Assembly: GCA_030530525.1 (NCBI GenBank)
Contig: JAUMUT010000001.1
Coordinates: forward strand, 114,896-178,895
Length of the DNA stretch: 64,000 bases
DNA from: Capnocytophaga sp.
GTDB taxonomy: Bacteria > Bacteroidota > Bacteroidia > Flavobacteriales > Flavobacteriaceae
Direction of reading: 5' to 3'
Positions 1 through 9,946 of this stretch are shown here, one piece after another. The notes under the pieces were generated by a model. That model worked only from the letters and a program-made list of their open reading frames with translations. It was not told the origin of the DNA and made no database searches. Each line of letters begins with the position of its first letter. Position 1 is the stretch's first letter. A program made the translations under genes and the position numbers.

Positions 1-927
1 TTCATAGTCTTCCATTAAAGATTGGTGAGAGGCAGACATTAATTTCCCAAATTTTTCTATTTCGTTATTTCGGAGTGCTTTTTCACTTTCAAACACTCTG
101 TTATTTTCATAAACTACGTGTTTTACTCGTTTTTGCATTTCTTCGGTCAGAATATTTTTATTTTCTTCAAAATATTTAGGAGAAATACTACACAAATCGG
201 TAAAATTTTCTTTTTGGTTAAATAATTTTAAAGCTTCTTCGCAAGTTGCACGGCGCTCGTTATATTTAGAATCTGTCAGCTTTCTTTGCTTATTAGTATT
301 GATAATCAACAAAGTATGGTTTTCTAAAACAAAAGGAATATATTGGTAATCCAACGTTTGACAATTCAGGATAATAGCGTGGTCTTTCTTGCCCATTCCT
401 ATGGCAAATTGGTCCATTATTCCGCAATTCATTCCTACAAAATGGTTTTCCACTTTTTGGGAAATTTTAACTAACTCTATCGGATTTTTTCCTAAATTAA
501 ATAATGTATTTAACGCAAAAGTAGTTACCAACTCTATGGAAGCAGAAGACGAAAGCCCCGCTCCGTTAGGAATGTTTCCATAAAAAAGAAATTCTAATCC
601 TGAAAACGTAGCTCCTTCGCGAGTAAAATAATCCAAACAACCCAAAGGATAATTTATCCATAAACTCTCTTTTTTGTGGTAACCATTTGGGTTGATTTCT
701 ATTTTTTCAACAACATCAGGAAAGTTTAAACTCCTGAATGTAAAGTGATTGTCTTCAGTTTTACGAATTGCCAAATACGTTCCGTTGTCCAACGCACAAG
801 GCATTACCAAACCGCCGTTGTAGTCAATATGCTCGCCAATAAGATTAACACGAGCTGGCGCAAAAAATACGTTTTCTGCTGGTTGCGAATAGAATTTCAA
901 AAATTCTTGTTCCAAAAAATTTTTCAT
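1..927 (-). CDS. galK: galactokinase GalK (partial; C-terminus lies outside the window)
   Basis: Reverse-strand translation starting at the ATG at 927..925 gives MKNFLEQEFLKFYSQPAENVFFAPARVNLIGEHIDYNGG..., which carries the galactokinase signature PxRVNLIGEHxDY. The ORF runs off the window start. Its start overlaps the upstream galM stop by 1 nt (TAATG). Confidence 0.85.
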   Translation of the reverse strand, partial: MKNFLEQEFLKFYSQPAENVFFAPARVNLIGEHIDYNGGLVMPCALDNGTYLAIRKTEDNHFTFRSLNFPDVVEKIEINPNGYHKKESLWINYPLGCLDYFTREGATFSGLEFLFYGNIPNGAGLSSSASIELVTTFALNTLFNLGKNPIELVKISQKVENHFVGMNCGIMDQFAIGMGKKDHAIILNCQTLDYQYIPFVLENHTLLIINTNKQRKLTDSKYNERRATCEEALKLFNQKENFTDLCSISPKYFEENKNILTEEMQKRVKHVVYENNRVFESEKALRNNEIEKFGKLMSASHQSLMEDYE

Positions 928-1973
928 TAAAAAGTAAATTTAAATATGGTAAAAAATTGATATTTTTCTTCTGGATTTAGCTGAGTACTAACAAATTGTG
1001 GATAATTTAATGCATCTGCATAGCCTTGTGCTTCAAAGCATATTCCTGCATTTTGCCCCGTCTTGGTTCGCTCTTTGGAAGAAAATTCTGGTACATAATA
1101 TCCTGCATAAATATGCAACACAGGGTGAGAGGTTTTCACTTCCATTCGGATATTAGTTTCTTTACAAAAAAGAGAACCAACTACATCATTTTCAGATACT
1201 TGTCTCGGAAAAGCATTATCAATATCTTGATGTACAACATTTGGCTTACGATAATCCAAGTACGTGCCTTCTACGTCCAAAATTTCGCCCGTAGGGGAAT
1301 AATCTGGGTGCAAAGGAACGTATTTATCTCCATTTATTTGCAAATAATGATTTAACATATTATACGAATTTTTGTTAAAATTAAAATACGAATGCTGTGT
1401 TAAATTAACAATGGTTGGCTTATCTGTTTGGGCTTCATAATCTACTCGCAACTCATTCTCTTGGGTAAGAGTATAGGTTACCAATGTAGTCAAATTACCA
1501 GGGAAACCTTCTTCGCCATCTACGGAAAAATAACGCAATTTTACAGACGGATTTTCTTTATCTTCTACTGCAACCACTTCCCAAACTTTGCTATCAAAAC
1601 CTTGCACTCCGCCGTGTAGTTGCGTTCCGTTATGGTTGATGGTTAGTTGCAAATCTTTCCCGTTCAGTGGGCATTTTCCGCCTTTTATTCGCCCTGCATT
1701 TCGCCCGATAATTGCCCCAAAATACGGATAATTCTCTCTATATTCTTTGCTCAAATATTCTTCTAAAGTATTGAAACCCAGCACACATTCTACCTCTCCT
1801 CCCAAAGAAGGTACTTGTACAGACTGGATAATTCCTCCAAAATTAGAAATACTCACTTGCATTCCGTTTTTGTTGGTTAGAGTAAAAAGAAAAACTTCCT
1901 TATTTTCTATTTTTCCCCACAATTTTTGTGTTATATAACTCATACGCTTTATTTGAATTAAAATTTTGTCCAA
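927..1973 (-). CDS. galM: aldose 1-epimerase (galactose mutarotase)
   Basis: 348-aa ORF with mutarotase-like sequence (NGMQVSISNFGGIIQS, HGG, FCKETNIRMEVKTSHPVLHIYAGYY). It lies immediately upstream of, and is translationally coupled to, galK. Confidence 0.85.
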   Translation of the reverse strand: MDKILIQIKRMSYITQKLWGKIENKEVFLFTLTNKNGMQVSISNFGGIIQSVQVPSLGGEVECVLGFNTLEEYLSKEYRENYPYFGAIIGRNAGRIKGGKCPLNGKDLQLTINHNGTQLHGGVQGFDSKVWEVVAVEDKENPSVKLRYFSVDGEEGFPGNLTTLVTYTLTQENELRVDYEAQTDKPTIVNLTQHSYFNFNKNSYNMLNHYLQINGDKYVPLHPDYSPTGEILDVEGTYLDYRKPNVVHQDIDNAFPRQVSENDVVGSLFCKETNIRMEVKTSHPVLHIYAGYYVPEFSSKERTKTGQNAGICFEAQGYADALNYPQFVSTQLNPEEKYQFFTIFKFTF

Positions 1974-2219
1974 AATTACAATTTTTTTATAACATAAAAT
2001 ATGATTTTTAGATAAAATTAGTCTTTTACATTCTTCCTTACTTTTCTTTTTATCTCTATTTTTATTCTTTTTAGCAGAAAAAAAATTATTTAGAATTAAT
2101 ATTTTTTTATTTTCATATAATTGATAATCATATTTTTACAAAAAAAATCTTTTCAAAAATAAATTATAGATTGTCAATTCAAAAAAAAGATGTAATTTTG
2201 ACCGCTAAAAACATTAATT

Positions 2220-2405
2220 ATGCAAGTAGATTTTTCTTTTCAAGAATATTTGGGCTTTTTAGCCTTTTTAGGAATCGCTACAATGGGCTTTTGGCTAATG
2301 ATTTTCTTGCTTACTTATGTAGTTCCGTATTGGGTTTTTGGTGCTGCTATTGAGCGTTTTAAAGAAAATCGGGAAGCAAAAAGGCTAAGAAAACAGCAAC
2401 AATAA
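2220..2405 (+). CDS. hypothetical small membrane protein (61 aa: two hydrophobic segments plus a basic C-tail)
   Basis: ORF-track ORF in an otherwise empty 460-bp gap between galM and the yihY-like gene. It has hydrophobic helices and a K/R-rich tail. There is no homology basis for the call. Confidence 0.25.
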   Translation: MQVDFSFQEYLGFLAFLGIATMGFWLMIFLLTYVVPYWVFGAAIERFKENREAKRLRKQQQ

Positions 2406-2490
2406 TCGTTTGCTAAAATAAAATATTACACTTTTGCAAAGAATATTTTTTTGCAAAAGGTTTTTCGTATATATACCCAACCTGAGAATA

Positions 2491-3426
2491 ATGACAAAAG
2501 AACCAGAAAAAGCATTGGAAAATCCTTTAAAAAAAAGGTTAAAGAAATTTCCTATAATACGAAAGCTTATAAAATTACTAAAAAGTATTCCGCTTGGGAA
2601 AGGTTCTTTTACGCTTTATGATTTACTAAAAAAATATACTATCGGGATTATTGAAGGTGCGCTAACTTACAGAGCCAGTGCTATTTCGTATAGCTTTTTT
2701 GTGGCTATTTTCCCATTTTTATTAGTGGTACTTAATCTTATTCCGTATATCCCGATTGAGAATTTCCAAGAAGATTTTTGGGTTTTTATTGATAATTTGC
2801 TTCCGCCTGGTACGCACGATTTTTTTAAAGATATTTTCTTTGACATTGCAGGAAAAAAACGCGCGGGCTTACTTTCTTCTGTTTTTGTACTTTCTATCTT
2901 CTTGACTACCAACGGAATAAATGCTATTTTTGGAGGATTTGATACTTCTTATCATATTACAGTTACTCGTGGCGTGATAAAACAATATTTTATCTCAATG
3001 GGAGTGGCTTTGTTATTGATTTTCTTATTATTAGCTTCGGTTATTTTGTGGCTTGCCTTTGAATATATTCGTAGTTTAGGCGTTTTTATAGAAAATAGCT
3101 CTGTTATTGGGCTTATAAAACAAGGATATTTTGGTTTTGTTGCCTTTATTTCTATTTCTATTTTATATTATTACGGAACACCAAAACGCGGGGTGGGCTT
3201 TTTCTCGCCAGGGGCTTTCTTTACATTGCTTTTATTTATACTAACTACTTATGGTTATGGCGTTTATATAGAACATTTTGCACAATATAACCAACTTTAT
3301 GGCTCTATTGGTGCGCTTTTAATTTTTTTACTTTATATTTGGCTAAATGCTACTATTCTCCTATTAGGATTTGAGCTAAATGCCTCTGTGTTAGACCTTA
3401 AAACTTCCAACGAATGTACTTCGTAG
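2491..3426 (+). CDS. YihY/BrkB (virulence factor BrkB / RNase BN-like) family inner-membrane protein
   Basis: Multi-TM protein with a YihY-like N-region (LKKIPIIRKLIKLLKSIP..., YRASAISYSFFVAIFPFLLVVLNLIPYIP). The start was moved to the internal ATG at 2491, which sits about 45 nt downstream of a TAnnTTTG-like box (cacttttgcaaag at 2430-2442). The ORF-track start is 2434. Confidence 0.75.
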   Translation: MTKEPEKALENPLKKRLKKFPIIRKLIKLLKSIPLGKGSFTLYDLLKKYTIGIIEGALTYRASAISYSFFVAIFPFLLVVLNLIPYIPIENFQEDFWVFIDNLLPPGTHDFFKDIFFDIAGKKRAGLLSSVFVLSIFLTTNGINAIFGGFDTSYHITVTRGVIKQYFISMGVALLLIFLLLASVILWLAFEYIRSLGVFIENSSVIGLIKQGYFGFVAFISISILYYYGTPKRGVGFFSPGAFFTLLLFILTTYGYGVYIEHFAQYNQLYGSIGALLIFLLYIWLNATILLLGFELNASVLDLKTSNECTS

Positions 3427-5864
3427 ATGTTGCCTTGCCTTTGCCTCTTCGGCAGAATTTCACTTACCAAATACGAGAAGAAGAAGCTACGTATTTACAA
3501 GCAGGAATGCGTGTGGTTGTACCTTTCGGGAAATCAAAGATTTACACCGCTATTGTTCTTCGGGTGCATCAGCAAAAACCATTGTATGAAACCAAAGAAA
3601 TAGAATTTATTTTAGATGAAAATATATTAATCACTCCAAGCCAAATAGCTCTTTTCCAATGGGTTAGCACTTATTATATGAGCACACTTGGTGAGGTCAT
3701 AAAAATAGGATTGCCTCCTGCTTTTTTGTTAGAAAGTGAAACTATTATTGAAAAAACGGAAGAAATTACAGACACAAAAACGCTTACCAACGACGAATTT
3801 CTAATTTATGAAGCATTAAATAGTGCCCATTCATTAACCACCAAAGAAGCAAGCAAAATTATTCAGAAAAAAAATGCTATTTCTGTATTAAAATCTCTTT
3901 TAGAGAAAAATAGTATCCGAATAACAGAAAAAATTTATGAAAAATATACTCCAAAACTTATAAAATACATTCGTTTTACTGAAAAATATCAAAATTTTGA
4001 TAATTTAAAAGATTTATTAGACGGAAAACTGCTAAAAACAGAACAACAAAAACGGCTGGTAATTTCTTATATAACGCTACAATCTCAGAAAAAAAATAAT
4101 ATTCAGGCTTCGGATTTGTTAGAAAAAGCAGAAGTAACCTCTTCGGTACTGAAAAAATTAATTTCTAACGAAATTTTTGAAGAATATTATTTACAAACCG
4201 ACCGTGTTTCTTTCTCTGAAAATGTAGAAAACACAAACGAACTTACTGAAAAACAACAAATTGCATTTGATGAAATAAAAGATCTATTTACGCAAAAAAA
4301 TACAATTTTATTGCACGGCGTTTCTTCTTCTGGCAAAACAGAAATATATATTAAACTGATAGAAGAATATTTATCGCAAGGCAAACAAGTGCTTTATCTC
4401 TTGCCTGAAATAGGAATTACCACACAACTTATCCAAAGATTAGAACGATTTTTTGGAGATAAAATGAGCGTCTATCACTCCAAATATTCCTCTAACGAAC
4501 GTGTAGAAGTATGGCATAACATACTGAATAACAGAGAGAAAGCCCAACTTATTGTAGGAGTAAGGTCGGCTGTTTTTTTACCTTTTGTTAATTTAGGCTT
4601 GGTTATTATTGATGAGGAACACGATATTTCTTATAAACAAAATGAATCTTCGCCACGCTTCCAAGCACGCGATGTAGCTCTTGTTTTAGCACATCAGCAC
4701 AAGGCTCACTCGCTTTTGGGCTCTGCCACGCCCTCTACGGAAAGTTTCTATAACGCACAAATACAAAAGTACGGATATGTAACGTTAGAAGAACGCTTTG
4801 GCAATATATTACCTCCTGAAATTCAACTCATTAACCTAAAAGATAAGAGCAAACGAAAACAAATGACCGGGCATTTTTCTGATGCTCTTATAGAAGCTAT
4901 TGAGCAAACGCTAAATGATAAAAAACAAGTAATTCTTCTGCAAAATCGTAGAGGCTATTCTCCTTATTTGCAGTGCCAAACTTGCGATACTATACAACAA
5001 TGCCCTAATTGTGATGTTTCGCTCACCTACCACCAAGCCCAACGCCAATTGCGTTGCCATTATTGCGGATATACTTCTGCCAAGCCTGAAAGTTGCGTCG
5101 CTTGTGGAAGTTCGCTCTTGCAAATGAAAGGTTTTGGAACAGAACAAGTAGAAGAAGAAATTCTTAAAATATTTCCATCGGCTCGTATTGACAGAATGGA
5201 CCAAGACACCACTCGTGGCAAATATAATTATGAAAAAATTATTCATAAATTAGAACACCAACAAACAGATATTCTGATAGGAACACAAATGGTAAGCAAA
5301 GGGCTTGATTTTGAAAATGTTACATTGGTAGGGATAATGAATGCCGATTTATTCCTTCATCAGCCTGACTTTCGCTCTATGGAGCGTGGTTTTCAGCTAC
5401 TTACACAAATTTCAGGAAGAGCAGGAAGGCGCAACCAGCAAGGGAAAGTTATTATACAAACGTATAACCCCAGCCAAATTATTTTGCAAGAAGTAGTTCA
5501 GTATCAATATCTTAAAATGATTAATGAACAACTACACGAACGAAAAGATTTTCATTATCCACCTTTTTACAAAATAATTCGTATCACTTTGAAAGACAGA
5601 GATTTAAACAAAATAAACGCTGCTGGCGAGTGGTTTGCTCAATCGTTACGACAAGGATTTTCTCAAACAGCAATAGAGGTTTTAGGAGCTGAATTTCCCG
5701 CTATTTCTCGTATAAGAAATGAGTACATTAAACATATTTTGGTAAAAATTCCGCAACATACTTCTGCTACTGATGTAAAAAAATATATCCTCAGGATAGA
5801 ACAAAGTTTCTTTTCCATTGGTGCATACCGAAGCGTACATCTATCGTATAATGTGGATTTGTAG
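3414..5864 (+). CDS. priA: primosomal protein N' (replication restart helicase PriA)
   Basis: 816 aa. N-terminus VDVALPLPLRQNFTY. Walker A LLHGVSSSGKTE and DEEH box (VIIDEEHD). Zinc-ribbon CxxC pairs (CQTCDTIQQCPNCD...CHYCGY...CVACGS). Helicase C motifs (QISGRAGR). Confidence 0.95.
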   Translation: MYFVDVALPLPLRQNFTYQIREEEATYLQAGMRVVVPFGKSKIYTAIVLRVHQQKPLYETKEIEFILDENILITPSQIALFQWVSTYYMSTLGEVIKIGLPPAFLLESETIIEKTEEITDTKTLTNDEFLIYEALNSAHSLTTKEASKIIQKKNAISVLKSLLEKNSIRITEKIYEKYTPKLIKYIRFTEKYQNFDNLKDLLDGKLLKTEQQKRLVISYITLQSQKKNNIQASDLLEKAEVTSSVLKKLISNEIFEEYYLQTDRVSFSENVENTNELTEKQQIAFDEIKDLFTQKNTILLHGVSSSGKTEIYIKLIEEYLSQGKQVLYLLPEIGITTQLIQRLERFFGDKMSVYHSKYSSNERVEVWHNILNNREKAQLIVGVRSAVFLPFVNLGLVIIDEEHDISYKQNESSPRFQARDVALVLAHQHKAHSLLGSATPSTESFYNAQIQKYGYVTLEERFGNILPPEIQLINLKDKSKRKQMTGHFSDALIEAIEQTLNDKKQVILLQNRRGYSPYLQCQTCDTIQQCPNCDVSLTYHQAQRQLRCHYCGYTSAKPESCVACGSSLLQMKGFGTEQVEEEILKIFPSARIDRMDQDTTRGKYNYEKIIHKLEHQQTDILIGTQMVSKGLDFENVTLVGIMNADLFLHQPDFRSMERGFQLLTQISGRAGRRNQQGKVIIQTYNPSQIILQEVVQYQYLKMINEQLHERKDFHYPPFYKIIRITLKDRDLNKINAAGEWFAQSLRQGFSQTAIEVLGAEFPAISRIRNEYIKHILVKIPQHTSATDVKKYILRIEQSFFSIGAYRSVHLSYNVDL

Positions 5865-5867
5865 ATT

Positions 5868-6986
5868 TTACCAATCTGGAAATTCAAATCTTAACTGAAT
5901 ATATTTCAGCGTTTTACGTTCAATAGGCTGATTTATATTCAAATTAGAAACAGAAATTCCTAAAAGCCTTACCGATTTTTCTACTTTTTTCTGGAATAAA
6001 AGTTCTTCTACTATACTGAAAATCAATTTTTTATCAGAAATAAAATAAGGAAATGTTTTGCTTCGGGTTTGGGTTACAAAATCATTATATTTTAGCTTTA
6101 AAGTAAGCGTTTTGCCTGATAATCTTTTTCGGTTTAGCCTTTCGGATAGCTCTTCGCTGATGATTTTTAACTTTTCCAACATAAAAATTTCACTTGGAAT
6201 ATCTTCTTCAAACGTATGCTCCACTCCCACCGATTTTGGTGAATGAAAAGGCTTCACTGGGCTATTATGAATACCACGAGCTATCTGGTAAAAATAAGAT
6301 CCATTATTTCCAAAATATTCTTGTAAGAAATCCAAATCTTTGGAAAGCAAATCCTCTCCTGTAAAAATTCCTTTTTCATACATTTTTTGAGCCGTTTTCT
6401 TCCCTATTCCATAAAATTTCCGAATATCCAATTTTTCTAAAAAAGGAATTATTTTCTCTTGGGTAATCGTTGTTTGTCCATTTGGCTTGTTAAAATCACT
6501 GGCTATTTTGGCTACAAATTTATTAACGGAAATACCCGCAGATGCTGTAAGCCCTGTTTTTTCTAATATTTTCTGTCGGATTTCTTGTGCTATGAGTGTA
6601 GCCGAAGGATTGTTTTTTTTATTAATTGTAACATCAAGATACGCTTCATCAAGAGAGAGAGGCTCAACAAGGTCTGTATATTCAAAGAAAATTTCACGAA
6701 TTTGCAACGATATTTCACGATAACGCGCAAACCGAAGCGGAACAAAAATCAAATCAGGACAAAGCCGTTTCGCTACGATACCGCTCATTGCACTACGCAC
6801 ACCATATTTCCGTGCCTCATAGCTTGCCGTACAGACTACGCCTCGAACTTCATTTCCGCCTACTGCAATGGGTTTTCCTTGTAATTCTGGATAGTCGTGC
6901 TGCTCAATGGAAGCATAGAAAGCGTCCATATCAATATGGATTATTTTCCTAACGTGCATTGTTTCATTTAAAAATAAAAAAAGCAC
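5868..6986 (-). CDS. dinB: DNA polymerase IV (Y-family translesion polymerase)
   Basis: N-terminus IIHIDMDAFYASIEQ, the canonical Y-family polymerase start, followed by SYEARKYGVRSAM. 372 aa. Convergent with priA, with a 3-nt gap. Confidence 0.92.
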   Translation of the reverse strand: MLFLFLNETMHVRKIIHIDMDAFYASIEQHDYPELQGKPIAVGGNEVRGVVCTASYEARKYGVRSAMSGIVAKRLCPDLIFVPLRFARYREISLQIREIFFEYTDLVEPLSLDEAYLDVTINKKNNPSATLIAQEIRQKILEKTGLTASAGISVNKFVAKIASDFNKPNGQTTITQEKIIPFLEKLDIRKFYGIGKKTAQKMYEKGIFTGEDLLSKDLDFLQEYFGNNGSYFYQIARGIHNSPVKPFHSPKSVGVEHTFEEDIPSEIFMLEKLKIISEELSERLNRKRLSGKTLTLKLKYNDFVTQTRSKTFPYFISDKKLIFSIVEELLFQKKVEKSVRLLGISVSNLNINQPIERKTLKYIQLRFEFPDW

Positions 6987-7013
6987 TCACAAAATATCTG
7001 TAAGTGCTTTTTG

Positions 7014-7088
7014 TGGGCCCTACTGGATTCGAACCAGTGACCCCCTGCTTGTAAGGCAGGTGCTCTGAACCAGCTGAGCTAAGAGCCC
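7014..7088 (-). tRNA. tRNA-Val (anticodon TAC)
   Basis: Reverse complement reads GGGCTCTTAGCTCAGCTGGTTCAGAGCACCTGCCTTACAAGCAGGGGGTCACTGGTTCGAATCCAGTAGGGCCCA. Cloverleaf has a 7-bp acceptor stem, anticodon loop cTTACAa and T-loop GGTTCGAATCC. No CCA is encoded. Confidence 0.9.
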
Positions 7089-7121
7089 CTAAATAAATAT
7101 AAATCAAAATTTCTAAAAGAG

Positions 7122-7196
7122 TGGGTCCTACTGGATTCGAACCAGTGACCCCCTGCTTGTAAGGCAGGTGCTCTGAACCAGCTGAGCTAAGAACCC
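7122..7196 (-). tRNA. tRNA-Val (anticodon TAC), tandem second copy
   Basis: Near-identical to the copy at 7014..7088. It differs only at acceptor-stem positions, GGGTTCT...AGGACCCA. The spacer between the two copies is 33 nt. Confidence 0.9.
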
Positions 7197-7311
7197 CTTT
7201 CTTATTACGGGTGCAAAAGTACAACCTTTTTCTATTATATGCAAGTGTTTTTATATTTATTTTTTTACTTATATACAAAGCATTGATTTTTAATATTTTG
7301 TAAATTATATT

Positions 7312-7977
7312 TTATCCAAAATATACATTTTTTAAGTAAAAAGGCTCAAAATATGCTACATTTTCCAACTGATTTTGCCTAAATTTTTCAAAAGCTAAGA
7401 CATTCATTTTGGTTGCTGACGGAAATTCATTCTTCAAAAAATAAGCATTTGGGTGCGTACAAATCTCTGAAAATTTATCACTTCCGTTACCTAAAAATAA
7501 GGTTTTCCCTTTGGAAAGGTATTCTTCCAACGAAGAAGAAGTTAAAATTTCGGCTTGTGTATCTCGGATTTGTTTTTTTTGATGATCAAAAACAGCAGAA
7601 AATACTTCCATTCTACGAGCATCTAACATTGGTATAATATACTGATAATCATTTATTTGCGAAACATTTTCTACTAAAATAGAAAGTGTTGGCACAGCAA
7701 TAAGTGGAATATTAAGAGCAAAACAAAGCCCCTTTGCCGAAGAGACTCCAATACGAAGCCCCGTGTAAGAGCCTGGTCCTGAACTAATTGCAACAGCTTG
7801 CAAATCCAATGGTTTTAAAGATGCCTTTTGTAAAACTTCTTCAATAAAAATATGTAAATTTTCAGAATGAGAAAATTCCGAAGTATTTAATTCTTTAAAA
7901 GAAATTACTTCCTGATTTTTGGTAATTGCTACGGAACAATTCGTCCCTGAGGTTTCCAAACAAAGTAAATACGCCAT
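7312..7977 (-). CDS. tsaB: tRNA threonylcarbamoyladenosine biosynthesis protein TsaB (YeaZ)
   Basis: Starts MAYLLCLETSGTNCSVAI (the TsaB/YeaZ N-terminus ILxLETS). Contains SSGPGSYTGLRIG. 221 aa. Confidence 0.88.
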   Translation of the reverse strand: MAYLLCLETSGTNCSVAITKNQEVISFKELNTSEFSHSENLHIFIEEVLQKASLKPLDLQAVAISSGPGSYTGLRIGVSSAKGLCFALNIPLIAVPTLSILVENVSQINDYQYIIPMLDARRMEVFSAVFDHQKKQIRDTQAEILTSSSLEEYLSKGKTLFLGNGSDKFSEICTHPNAYFLKNEFPSATKMNVLAFEKFRQNQLENVAYFEPFYLKNVYFG

Positions 7978-7979
7978 TT

Positions 7980-8597
7980 TTACATCAATTTTTTAATATC
8001 TTCAATAAGAAAATCTACTTGTTGCTTATCCAATCCGTTATAATAAATGATAGGATTTCCGTTGGCATCGGTGCGCGATACTATATATCCGTTTTGGTCA
8101 ATAAGAGCAAACAAGCCCGAATGTTCAAAACTTTCAGGAGTATTTCCTTGTTTTGCATAAATATTAAATCCGTCATTAGCAAGTTTATAAACATCTGTTT
8201 CTGAGCCTGTTAGAAAATGCCAATTGGGGTTGGTTACTCCGTAGCGTTTTGCATATTCTTTCAGGATTTCTGGGCTATCTTGCTCAGGATCAATACTAAA
8301 CGAAGCTATCCCGATATTATTTTTAGGAAAAGCATTTTGTACCATCACCATATTGGACGACATTATAGGGCAAATGGAAGGGCAAGAAGTAAAGAAAAAA
8401 TCTACTACGTAAATTTTTCCTTTAAATGCCTGATTAGTAATATTTTGTCCATTTTGATTAACAAAAGAAAACGAAGGAGCTTTCCCGATGATTATCAATC
8501 CGTTATGATTTTTTTCACGAAAAAAAGCAAATAGCCAAACCAACCCTAAAAGGATACAAAATATAAAAATAACGGAAAAAATAGTTTTTATTTTCAT
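7980..8597 (-). CDS. SCO1/SenC family copper chaperone (thioredoxin-like)
   Basis: Signal/TM N-terminus. CxxxC motif in FFFTSCPSICP, typical of SCO1/SenC. 205 aa. Confidence 0.8.
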   Translation of the reverse strand: MKIKTIFSVIFIFCILLGLVWLFAFFREKNHNGLIIIGKAPSFSFVNQNGQNITNQAFKGKIYVVDFFFTSCPSICPIMSSNMVMVQNAFPKNNIGIASFSIDPEQDSPEILKEYAKRYGVTNPNWHFLTGSETDVYKLANDGFNIYAKQGNTPESFEHSGLFALIDQNGYIVSRTDANGNPIIYYNGLDKQQVDFLIEDIKKLM

Positions 8598-8629
8598 TTG
8601 TAATCTATTGAAAATAAATTAATTATATT

Positions 8630-9940
8630 TTAAGAAACTCGAATGATTTTCGCTCCGATAGCCGATAGCCTTTCGTCAATATTTTCATAACCTCTATCAA
8701 TTTGTTCTATGTTATGAATGGTAGAAGTTCCTTTGGCAGACAATGCCGCAATAAGCAAGGCAATCCCCGCACGAATATCGGGTGAAGTCATTGTTGTAGC
8801 GCGCAAAGACGATTTAAAATTATGCCCAATAACTACGGCGCGATGTGGGTCGCATAGGATAATTTTTGCTCCCATATCAATTAATTTATCCACGAAGAAA
8901 AGACGACTTTCAAACATTTTTTGATGAATAAGCACTTCTCCCCTTGCTTGAATGGCAGTTACTAAAATAATACTCAATAAATCGGGCGTAAAGCCAGGCC
9001 AAGGCGCATCGGCAACGGTTAAGATAGAACCATCTATAAAGTTCTGAATTTCATAACCTTCGGTATGAGCAGGAATATAAATATCATCGCCTCTGCGTTC
9101 TATTTTTATTCCTAAACGAGAGAAAACATCAGGAATCATTCCGAGATTGTCATAGCTTGTATTTTTGATAGTAATTTCGCTTTTCGTCATCGCTGCTAAG
9201 CCTATCCAGCTTCCTATTTCTATCATATCAGGGAGAATGGTGTGGGTACAACCGCCCAATTTTTCAACTCCTTTTATTTTAAGAAGATTTGAGCCAATTC
9301 CTTGAATATCAGCACCCATTGCATTTAGCATTTTACAAATTTGCTGTACATAAGGCTCGCAGGCGGCGTTGTAAATAGTGGTTTCGCCTTCGGCTAAAAC
9401 GGCTGCCATAATAATATTAGACGTTCCTGTTACCGAAGCCTCATCCAGCAACATAGAATTTCCTTTTAAGCGATTGGCTTTTACGGAATAATAATGTTTT
9501 TCTTTGCAGTATTCAAATGTTGCTCCAAGTTTTATAAATCCTTCAAAATGAGTATCTAAGCGTCTTCTTCCTATTTTATCTCCGCCTGGCTTAGGAATAT
9601 ATCCATAACCAAAACGAGCCAAAAGAGGACCTACAATAAGGATAGACCCGCGTAGGCTTTGGCTTTCTTGGGCAAATTGTGTAGTAGAGAGATAATCCAA
9701 ATGAATTTCATCTGCTTGAAAACTGTATGAACTTTTTCCTAACTTTTGGATTTTTACTCCCAAATTTCCTAATAAAGTAATGAGTTTATTCACATCTAAA
9801 ATATCAGGAATGTTATGTATGGTTACTTTTTCTTCGGTTAATAATACGGCACAAAGTACTTGAAGCGCCTCATTTTTAGCACCTTGTGGAGTTATTTCTC
9901 CTTTAAGAGCGTGCCCACCTTCTATTTTAAAACTTCCCAT
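8630..9940 (-). CDS. murA: UDP-N-acetylglucosamine 1-carboxyvinyltransferase
   Basis: MGSFKIEGGHALKGEITPQGAKNEALQ is the classic MurA N-terminus. 436 aa. Confidence 0.95.
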   Translation of the reverse strand: MGSFKIEGGHALKGEITPQGAKNEALQVLCAVLLTEEKVTIHNIPDILDVNKLITLLGNLGVKIQKLGKSSYSFQADEIHLDYLSTTQFAQESQSLRGSILIVGPLLARFGYGYIPKPGGDKIGRRRLDTHFEGFIKLGATFEYCKEKHYYSVKANRLKGNSMLLDEASVTGTSNIIMAAVLAEGETTIYNAACEPYVQQICKMLNAMGADIQGIGSNLLKIKGVEKLGGCTHTILPDMIEIGSWIGLAAMTKSEITIKNTSYDNLGMIPDVFSRLGIKIERRGDDIYIPAHTEGYEIQNFIDGSILTVADAPWPGFTPDLLSIILVTAIQARGEVLIHQKMFESRLFFVDKLIDMGAKIILCDPHRAVVIGHNFKSSLRATTMTSPDIRAGIALLIAALSAKGTSTIHNIEQIDRGYENIDERLSAIGAKIIRVS

Positions 9941-9946
9941 AAATAT

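Noticed and set aside
6964-7278. 104-aa minus-strand ORF with an internal duplicated peptide (LSSAGSEHLPYKQGVTGSNPVGPT x2)
   Set aside because: It is the translation of the two tandem tRNA-Val genes. The duplicated peptide simply mirrors the duplicated tRNA. Not a CDS.
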